The notes beneath the pieces were generated by a model, which was not told the origin of the DNA, did no database searches, and saw nothing but the letters and a program-made list of their open reading frames with translations. Shown here piece by piece: positions 53,923-60,342 of a DNA stretch of 60,342 nucleotides (within the stretch, counting starts at the first letter, position 1; every line of letters begins with the position of its first letter). Origin of the DNA: Pirellulales bacterium. Lineage in GTDB: Bacteria > Planctomycetota > Planctomycetia > Pirellulales > UBA1268. The stretch lies in contig JBIIFB010000001.1 in the NCBI GenBank assembly GCA_044237545.1, forward strand, positions 1 through 60,342. Direction: 5' to 3'. A program made the translations under genes and the position numbers.

Positions 53923-54189
53923 AGCAGGTTTTTCTGTCGTGCCGCTGGGGGCGTCGCAGTCCAGATGCCCGGCCGTCTTGCCGGCGGGCCTCACTGTGTC
54001 AGGCCGCGTCACCGCGGTGGCCCATGCGAATGCGGGCATGCTCGTCATCGGCGCAGGTCCGTTGCGGGCATTGGGGGCGGCCATCCCCCGCCGAATGGCT
54101 AGATCGTCGAGCGAACGGCCGACGGCAGCCCCTTCGGCAAGGCCAGCGGCACGGCCACGCAAACCGTGATGGAAGGCGGGATCGTTTGA

Positions 54190-55449
54190 TCACTCCTCCT
54201 TGTCGGCCGGCCAGCAGGCCAGCAGAATCGCCAGCGCCACGGCGGGGGCACATCCGGCCAGGGCCAGCCCCGTATCGAATGATCCGGTCTGGTCGACGAG
54301 CCGGCCGAAGATCTTTTGAAAGGGCGAGGCCACCAGCGAGCCGATCGCCGCCAGCAGTCCCGACGTTTTTCCGAGATGCCGCGGGCTCACCTCCTGCGCG
54401 AGCGAGTAGTAGCAGGGGAAGAGGCCCATGGCGCCGGCGCCGATCACCAAGAGCGTGGCATAGAGGCCGTAGCCCAGCGGCAGAGTCGCTGCGAGCAGCG
54501 TCACCGCCGAGCAGCAGGCGCAGGCGGCCACGATGGTTATCCGGGAGCGGTGCACCTCCATCCCCCGCTTCACGAGCCAGAGGCTCGCGGCTCCCGCGGC
54601 GATGCAGCCGATGTCGGCGGCGCCGTAGTAGAGGGCGTTGAAGAAGAGCGACTCGGCCTCCGTCGCGCCGCGGCCCTGCTGCAAGAATTTCGGCAGCCAG
54701 GCCCGCAGCAGGTGCCACGTGATGTTGATGCAGACGACCATCGGCACGAGCGCCCAGAACCGGCGGTTGGCGGCGCAGGCCTCCCACCAGACGTTTTGCG
54801 TGGATGGCGGTGACACTCCCCCCTGCTCGGCGTCCTCAGGACGCGTGTTCAGATCCCCTGCGCGGATCGTGGCCATCCAGCCGGCCACCCATGCCAGCCC
54901 CACGAGGCCGATGACGACGAAGGGCGGCCGCCAGGCGCCTGTGCTCGTGTCGTTGCCGACGATCGCGCGGATCACCAGCGGCGTGATGATCGCGCCAAAC
55001 GCGCCGCCGCTCTGCAGCAGGCTGTTGCCCATCATGCGGTCTTTTCGCGCGAGCACGGCCTGGGTCGTCCGGAGGGCGCAGGGCCAGTGCCCCGCCTCGA
55101 AAAATCCCAGGAGCGTCCGGCAGACGAGCAGCGAGCCGTAGCCCTGCGAGAATCCGGTGAGCACGCCGACTGCCGACCAGCCGATCACGACGGCCGGGTA
55201 AAGCCATCGCACCGGCAGTTTGTCGGCGAGGATGCCGAAGGCGAGCGAGCCTGCGGCGAACGCCCAGCCGAAGGCCAGTTCCAGGTCGCCATACCGCTCC
55301 TGCGAGAGCGAGAGTTCGTCGGTGATCCGCACCGAGAGGTTGGCCAGCGTCTGCCGGTCCATGTAGTTGAGCATCGTGGCCAGGAGCAACAGTCTACTCA
55401 CCCACCACTGCCAGGCACGGAGTGGCTGTCTGTCGTCGGACGAGGTCAT
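54190..55449 (-). CDS. MFS transporter (hexuronate/anion:cation symporter-like)
   Basis: It has twelve hydrophobic segments. LLLATMLNYMDRQTLANLSV is typical of the ACS/ExuT-like subfamily. ATG 55449 overlaps the upstream stop (ATGA). Confidence 0.88.
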   Translation of the reverse strand: MTSSDDRQPLRAWQWWVSRLLLLATMLNYMDRQTLANLSVRITDELSLSQERYGDLELAFGWAFAAGSLAFGILADKLPVRWLYPAVVIGWSAVGVLTGFSQGYGSLLVCRTLLGFFEAGHWPCALRTTQAVLARKDRMMGNSLLQSGGAFGAIITPLVIRAIVGNDTSTGAWRPPFVVIGLVGLAWVAGWMATIRAGDLNTRPEDAEQGGVSPPSTQNVWWEACAANRRFWALVPMVVCINITWHLLRAWLPKFLQQGRGATEAESLFFNALYYGAADIGCIAAGAASLWLVKRGMEVHRSRITIVAACACCSAVTLLAATLPLGYGLYATLLVIGAGAMGLFPCYYSLAQEVSPRHLGKTSGLLAAIGSLVASPFQKIFGRLVDQTGSFDTGLALAGCAPAVALAILLACWPADKEE

Positions 55450-56255
55450 AGTCGCGGGGGAAACTCCCACGAGTGGCCGTCCCAGGCAATCCCTTTTTTG
55501 AGGAAGGCCTCCACGCCGGCCGCGTAGTGCGTGAAGAGGTATTCGCCCTTTTCGGCGGAGGCATGCCGCGGGTCGCCCAGATGGCCGGGAGCGTCGGCGG
55601 CGTTTGGCCGGCGTTCCTGCGTGATCCAGCCGCGGTAGGCGGGCTCGAAGCTGTAGCCCATGTCGCGGTTTTCAAGCGACTCAAATGGCTTCACGAGGTC
55701 GGGCCGGATGGCGAGCATCATCGACGTCTCCCATTCGCAGGCATGGCCGACCGCCGACTGCACGAGGTCGTCGCGGCCATGCTCCGGCTTCGCAAAATCC
55801 CAGTAGCTGGCGAAGAGCAGGAGCAGGTCGGCGCGGGAGCGGTGCCGCTGGCGGGCCTCGAAGATCGCCTGCTTGCCCGGCGTGATGTTGCCGCCGTGGC
55901 CGTTCAAGAACAGGATCCGGCGGAAGCCGTGGGTGAGCAGGTTTTCGAGCAGGTCGCTCAAGAGATCGAGATAGACCCGCGGGCCCGCCGAGAGCGTGCC
56001 GGCGTATTCGAGGTGGTGGTGCGAGTTACCGAGCCACTGCAGTGGGCAGAAAAGCACCTGATCGTACAGCCGCGGCTCGACGCGGCGGACCACCTCGCCC
56101 AGGAGCATGCTGTCGGTCGCCAGTGGCAGGTGCCGCCCGTGCTGCTCCATGGCCGCGATCGGCACGACGACGGGCGTGTGCGGGGCGAGTGCGGCGATCT
56201 CGGGCCAGGTGAGTTCGGCGAGATTCATGGGGCGGTTAGCGTGAGGAAGCTTCAT
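55446..56255 (-). CDS. Creatininase family (creatinine amidohydrolase-like) protein
   Basis: MNLAELTWPEI...VPIAAMEQHGRHLPLATD...FLNGHGGN are family motifs. The true start may be M10 (56228). Confidence 0.87.
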   Translation of the reverse strand: MKLPHANRPMNLAELTWPEIAALAPHTPVVVPIAAMEQHGRHLPLATDSMLLGEVVRRVEPRLYDQVLFCPLQWLGNSHHHLEYAGTLSAGPRVYLDLLSDLLENLLTHGFRRILFLNGHGGNITPGKQAIFEARQRHRSRADLLLLFASYWDFAKPEHGRDDLVQSAVGHACEWETSMMLAIRPDLVKPFESLENRDMGYSFEPAYRGWITQERRPNAADAPGHLGDPRHASAEKGEYLFTHYAAGVEAFLKKGIAWDGHSWEFPPRL

Positions 56256-56352
56256 GATCCGTTCGGGGACGGAAGAGAATGCAATCCCGCCACCGAAGCT
56301 GTCCTAAGTGCAGTGAAAATCGCTTCCGTTCCAGGAGTGTCGGCTGGTGGTC

Positions 56353-56420
56353 GATCCCGTCGCTTACGCTCAGGGCTTGTATTGATCCCATACAAGCCCC
56401 CGGCGTAAGCCGGGGGATGC
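56353..56420. repeat. Inverted pair of REP-like units (v3 minus, v1 plus)
   Basis: gatcccgtcgcttacgctcagggcttgtat is at 56353-56382 and atacaagcccccggcgtaagccgggggatgc is at 56390-56420. The unit ends GGGCTTGTAT and ATACAAGCCC pair. Confidence 0.9.
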
Positions 56421-56428
56421 TGCGACTG

Positions 56429-57946
56429 CTACTTCGTGGGCCAGGCGTGGAGTTGGCCGGCCGAGTCGCCGGCCAGTAGGAAGGAGCCGTCGGCTGAGAG
56501 GGCGACCCGCGTGGGCAGGAGCTTCACGCCGGGGGTAGCCTTCGCTTGCGCGTCGGCAATCGGAAAGCTCTTCAGCTCTTTGCCGTCGGCCGCCCAGAGC
56601 TTCGCCTGGCCGTCGCGGCCGCAGCTGGCCAATTCGCCCGCGGGGCCAAACACCACGTCGAGCACGCCGCCGCCATGGGCATTGGGCTTGTTCATCACCG
56701 GCCAGCCGTCTTTCACATCCCACCAGACGATCGTGCCATCTTCGCCACAGGAGGCCACGACGCCGCTGTCGCTCCGCCAGGAGAGCGCACGCACCGATTT
56801 CTTATGCTCTGAAAGAGGCAGCACCACGCCGCCGCTCTTCGCATCCCAGAGATGGATGTTGCCGATCCGGTCGCCAGTGGCCAGGAGCTTGCCATCGGGG
56901 CGGAAGGCGACCGCCGTCACCCAGTCGGTGTGCTTCGTGAGCGTGTGCAGGAGTTTGCCAGTTTCGGTGGAAAAGATCTTCACGATTCGGCTCGAGCCGC
57001 CGATCGCGATCTGCGACTCATCGGGCGAGAGATCGGCCGCCATCACGGCGTCAGATTCGTCGCCGACCGACGCCAGCCGCTTGCCGGTCGCCACGTCGAA
57101 GAGCACCGCGGCGCCGTTTTGCACCGGCTTGCCCCCCGCCGCCAGGAGCACGCGGCCGGAGGGGCTGAACTTCAGCACGAGCGGCTCCCCTTCCGGAAAC
57201 GCGATCGCGCCGTAGCTCTTGTCGGGCGATGCCATCAGGTCGATCGCCCCGTAGGAGGCCTTGGCCGCAAGCGGCGCTCGCGGGCTCGCGGCCAGCGCCA
57301 GCACGGGATACGGGCGGATCGTCTTGGGCCGTTCGAAGGCCGGGAGCTTGTCGGGCTGCGGTACCGGCGGAGGTCCGCTTGCCGCCTGCTGCGGGGCCGC
57401 GGGCTTGAAGCCGAGCGTGCGCATCTCCGCGATCGAACTGCCGGCGTTCTCACGTAGGCCGGTGTCGATCCAAGTCTTGATGAGAGCCACCTGATCGGCC
57501 GGAACGCGGTCACCCTCCGGGGGCATCCGGTCGCCGTCGTCGGGGGCCGTGATCACCTCGATGAGCCGGCTGCTGCCGGAGCGGCCCGCCGCCACGATCT
57601 CGCCGCCGCCGGCGCCCTTCATGACGCCGGCGTAATTCACGAGGGAGAGACCGCCCTCCTGCTTGCCGTCGCCGTGGCAGGTGGCGCAGTGCTTCTTGAG
57701 GATCGCCGCGACATGATCCTCGTAGGTGATCGGCTTCGATTCCTCGCCGCGGGCGACATTGGAGGTGAGAACCAGCAGTGCGCAGATCAGTTGAAAAACA
57801 TGGATCCCAACGGAGTCCCCCGGCTTCCGCCGGGGGCTTCTTGTCCAGCGGTGCGCACCATCCCCCAGAAAGCCCCGGGCGGAAGCCCGGGGACACCGTG
57901 TGCCAACGGACTCAGAGCTAGTGGTTGAAATTGAATTCCGTGGCAT
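56429..57946 (-). CDS. PSCyt1 (planctomycete cytochrome c) domain plus WD40 repeat protein
   Basis: The heme motif context is [21 protein letters not shown]40-like repeats are [34 protein letters not shown] and [11 protein letters not shown]. The only canonical in-frame start upstream of the signal peptide is ATG 57946. Confidence 0.82.
   Translation of the reverse strand: MPRNSISTTSSESVGTRCPRASARGFLGDGAHRWTRSPRRKPGDSVGIHVFQLICALLVLTSNVARGEESKPITYEDHVAAILKKHCATCHGDGKQEGGLSLVNYAGVMKGAGGGEIVAAGRSGSSRLIEVITAPDDGDRMPPEGDRVPADQVALIKTWIDTGLRENAGSSIAEMRTLGFKPAAPQQAASGPPPVPQPDKLPAFERPKTIRPYPVLALAASPRAPLAAKASYGAIDLMASPDKSYGAIAFPEGEPLVLKFSPSGRVLLAAGGKPVQNGAAVLFDVATGKRLASVGDESDAVMAADLSPDESQIAIGGSSRIVKIFSTETGKLLHTLTKHTDWVTAVAFRPDGKLLATGDRIGNIHLWDAKSGGVVLPLSEHKKSVRALSWRSDSGVVASCGEDGTIVWWDVKDGWPVMNKPNAHGGGVLDVVFGPAGELASCGRDGQAKLWAADGKELKSFPIADAQAKATPGVKLLPTRVALSADGSFLLAGDSAGQLHAWPTK
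57814..57896. repeat. Inverted pair of REP-like hairpins with GGAA loops
   Basis: gtcccccggcttccgccgggggcttcttg is at 57814-57842 (-) and cagaaagccccgggcggaagcccggggacac is at 57866-57896 (+). Confidence 0.85.
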
Positions 57947-60155
57947 TGAGCATGCTCCAGAGGATGTCTTCGTAGACGGCCGGGTCTTTGACCTGTTCGC
58001 CCACGAGCTCTCGGAGGGCGGTCATCTCGTCGGTCTTCGGCCGGCGTGAAAGGGTGCGGATGAACAGCCCGTCGAGGATGTCCTCGGGCGTCGACTTCGT
58101 CTCGATGAGCTTCTTGATCACGCCCCCGGCCGCGAGCCGGTCGCGGATGGTCTGGCCCACCTCCATGTGGAGCGCCTGCGAGAGCGTGGGATTCTGTTTG
58201 GTCTCGCAGGCACAGATCGTCGCCCGCGTCGAACGGCCAAACGTCTCGAAGAACGAGTCGCCTGTCCGTGGCCCCCCCGTGCCGCCGTCGGTAATGGGAA
58301 AATAGTCGATGGCACGCGTGCCTTCGGGGAAGGCGTTGGCGCTCGAGAAGTGGTACGGAACGCCCGTCACCGTGACGATCGAGTCGATCAGCACGTCGGC
58401 CCGCAGCTTCCGCAGATGGGCGTGGGAGAATTGCCGGGTGTCACGATCGTTTGACTGATTCGGCTTCGCGGCCAGCTGATAGACCCGCGAGTTGCAGATG
58501 TCGCGGACGAGGCTCCGCAGGTTGAATTTCGACTCGACCAGTCGCTTCGAGAGAGCGTCGAGCAGCGGCGCATTCACCGGCGGATTGCTCGCCCGCACGT
58601 CATCGACCGGCTCGACGACGCCCCGGCCGAGGAGCTGCGCCCAGATGCGATTGGCCAGGTTGCGGCTGAATAGCTCGTTCTCGGGAGCCGTCAGCCACGC
58701 GGCGAGCGCCGGCCGCGGATCGCCGCCCGCCGGCACTGGCTCGACACTGCCGAGTACCTTCGCCGGCATCGGACGGCCATCGACGAGATGCTTCGATGGA
58801 GCCGCCTTCGGGTTGTAATAGATCCGACGCTCCCGCGACTCGACGCCCGGCTTCCGCTCCATGCCGGTGAAGAAGCTCGTGAAGGAGTAGTAGTCGTCCA
58901 TCGTCCAGCGGTCGAACGGATGGTTGTGGCACTCGGCGCACTGGATCTGCACGCCGAGAAACACCTGCGAAACGTCGGCCGCGAAGGCCTTCGGCTCGAG
59001 CTTCGGCTTGTGGACGAGCATCGTGTAGAGATTCACCGGGCCGTCGGAGATGTTGCTGCCCGATGCGGCCACCATCTCCGCCACGAACTCGTTGAGCGGC
59101 CGGTCCGACCGCATCTGCTCCCGAATCCATTCGTAGAACGTGTGGGCCGCCTTCACGTGGGTGGCTTCGGGAGCGTATTGCCCGCCGATCACGCGGAGCT
59201 GTTCCGCCCAGAGGGCGGTCCAGAAGTCGGCGAAGTCGTCGGTGGCGAGCAGTTGGTCGATCGTCTTCGCCCGCTTGTCCGTGGCGGTGTCGGTCATGAA
59301 GGCGTGGTATTCCTCGACGGTCGGCGGCCGGGCCACGAGGTCGAGCATGACGCGGCGGAGAAAGGTCTCGTCGTCACAGAGCTCCGACGGGATGATGCGA
59401 AGCTTCTGGAGCCGGTCGAAGACGAGGGTGTCGATGAAGTTGTTGGTCGGCGGATTCGGCCAGGCGAAGCCTTCGTCTGGCGGCAGCACGATCACCTCGG
59501 CGCCGACGGTGAACCGGCTGTAGCGGGCGAAGACGTTCGTATCGCCCGGGCCGGCGGCGGTGACCACGCCATTGCTATCGATCGTGGCGACGCTGGGGTT
59601 GTTGGAAAAGAACCTCGCGAGGTTCGTGACGTCGTGGGAGGTGCCGTCGCTGTAGGTCGCGGTGACGTGGGCGGTGCCGTGGCCGCCCACCTTGTTGAAC
59701 ACCACGCTCTCCTTCGGCAGCGAGATGCCGACGACCTCGGGCGGCATGACGGAGTCGTCGGGGGCGCCCGCCGCGATCCAGCGGTGAAGTGTTTTGTAGT
59801 AGTCGCTGTCGTGATCGAAGAGCTTGCCGCCGGTGTGGGGCACTGCGCCGACAGCCTTGAGCAGGAGCAGGCTCTCCTCGGGGATTGCCGCGTTGACGCG
59901 GCGGCCGGCGATGTCTGTGACGACGCGGTCGTAGTCGCCCTTCGGGTCGTAGCCGAAGAGGGAGAGCATGAAGCCGTCCTTGCCGCGGGCCGAACCGTGG
60001 CAGGTGCCGGCATTGCAGCCGGCCCGGAAGAAGACCGGCATCACGTCGCTGCGGAAGCTCGGCGGTGCCGCGGCCGGCGGTGCGTCATCGGCGGCGGCTG
60101 CGCCTGCCACGACCATCACAAGAACCGTCACGACCGCACACGATTTAAATATCAT
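57918..60155 (-). CDS. DUF1549/DUF1553 (PSCyt2/PSD1) domain protein with a Big_2-like Ig domain
   Basis: The signal peptide is [43 protein letters not shown] and [19 protein letters not shown] are DUF1549 motifs. The DUF1553-like C-terminus is [17 protein letters not shown]. Confidence 0.9.
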   Translation of the reverse strand: MIFKSCAVVTVLVMVVAGAAAADDAPPAAAPPSFRSDVMPVFFRAGCNAGTCHGSARGKDGFMLSLFGYDPKGDYDRVVTDIAGRRVNAAIPEESLLLLKAVGAVPHTGGKLFDHDSDYYKTLHRWIAAGAPDDSVMPPEVVGISLPKESVVFNKVGGHGTAHVTATYSDGTSHDVTNLARFFSNNPSVATIDSNGVVTAAGPGDTNVFARYSRFTVGAEVIVLPPDEGFAWPNPPTNNFIDTLVFDRLQKLRIIPSELCDDETFLRRVMLDLVARPPTVEEYHAFMTDTATDKRAKTIDQLLATDDFADFWTALWAEQLRVIGGQYAPEATHVKAAHTFYEWIREQMRSDRPLNEFVAEMVAASGSNISDGPVNLYTMLVHKPKLEPKAFAADVSQVFLGVQIQCAECHNHPFDRWTMDDYYSFTSFFTGMERKPGVESRERRIYYNPKAAPSKHLVDGRPMPAKVLGSVEPVPAGGDPRPALAAWLTAPENELFSRNLANRIWAQLLGRGVVEPVDDVRASNPPVNAPLLDALSKRLVESKFNLRSLVRDICNSRVYQLAAKPNQSNDRDTRQFSHAHLRKLRADVLIDSIVTVTGVPYHFSSANAFPEGTRAIDYFPITDGGTGGPRTGDSFFETFGRSTRATICACETKQNPTLSQALHMEVGQTIRDRLAAGGVIKKLIETKSTPEDILDGLFIRTLSRRPKTDEMTALRELVGEQVKDPAVYEDILWSMLNATEFNFNH

Positions 60156-60274
60156 CAGGTCACTACTTTTGCCTTTCGCCTGCTGTTTTCCGATTTCCGC
60201 TTTCCCGCCGTGCCCGTAAATGGGGACGGGATCAATCCTGTTCGGCACAGGACTCGCCTTCCCCCGTGGCGGCA

Positions 60275-60324
60275 AGTTTTTAACTTGTCCGTGTCCCTGG
60301 CATCGATTCCACAAGTTAAAAACT
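60275..60324. promoter_or_regulatory. AT-rich 14-bp inverted repeat upstream of the DUF1549/DUF1553 gene (operator-like)
   Basis: agtttttaacttgt (60275-60288) is the exact reverse complement of acaagttaaaaact (60311-60324). The spacer is 22 nt. The repeat lies 120-170 nt upstream of ATG 60155. The repeat is certain; the regulatory role is inference. Confidence 0.3.
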
Positions 60325-60342
60325 CGTGGCCACGGATCGAAC

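Noticed and set aside
53925-54162. A small minus-strand ORF (MRGRAAGLAEG...) in the convergent gap between the PDZ and MFS genes
   Set aside because: It has no recognisable motif. Its third-position bias is weak, and the ORF continues antisense into the PDZ gene. It is insufficient to call.
1-60342. A prophage, integrative element or IS-bounded island, given the tRNA gene and many repeats
   Set aside because: I recognised no integrase, transposase, recombinase, or phage structural or toxin-antitoxin genes. No duplicated tRNA 3' fragment matches tRNA-Thr. The gene content is housekeeping plus lineage-typical envelope genes.

Overview
High-GC bacterial chromosomal window. All product and domain calls below come from motifs I recognise by eye, not from a search. 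The gene content points to a Planctomycetota-like genome: planctomycete cytochrome-c domain proteins (PSCyt1), a DUF1549/DUF1553 (PSCyt2/PSD1) protein, giant secreted multidomain proteins, DUF4159, and an RNA polymerase alpha-CTD/TPR protein. This placement is inferred from family distribution. I call about 33 protein genes. Housekeeping genes are pyk, argG, kdsA, rpmE-prfA-prmC, comEC, a fused ResB-CcsA cytochrome c synthase and one tRNA-Thr(CGU). I saw no rRNA, CRISPR array, transposase, integrase or phage genes. Several gene pairs show ATGA or TGATG start/stop overlaps, which suggests translational coupling (6915, 14433, 32893, 48332, 55449). The non-coding layer is unusually rich. It holds a dispersed REP-like hairpin family with a GTAAGC core at seven loci, including a 6 x 33-nt tandem array and copies absorbed into ORF termini. 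It also holds a perfect 25-bp-arm palindrome inserted in frame in an SDR gene, and short tandem arrays of 12, 13, 14 and 18 nt next to gene starts or stops. A 16-bp inverted repeat brackets a low-GC segment, and a ~260-nt tRNA-like structured RNA candidate lies beside tRNA-Thr. The best candidates for something undescribed are: (1) a MotA/ExbB-type channel gene with a helical tail, coupled to two non-canonical single-pass coiled-coil partners (47022-51303); (2) the tRNA-like RNA locus (31573-31941); (3) the REP family and its interaction with coding sequence; (4) the giant-protein/DUF4159 operon (1-12978). None of these functional ideas is proven by sequence alone.
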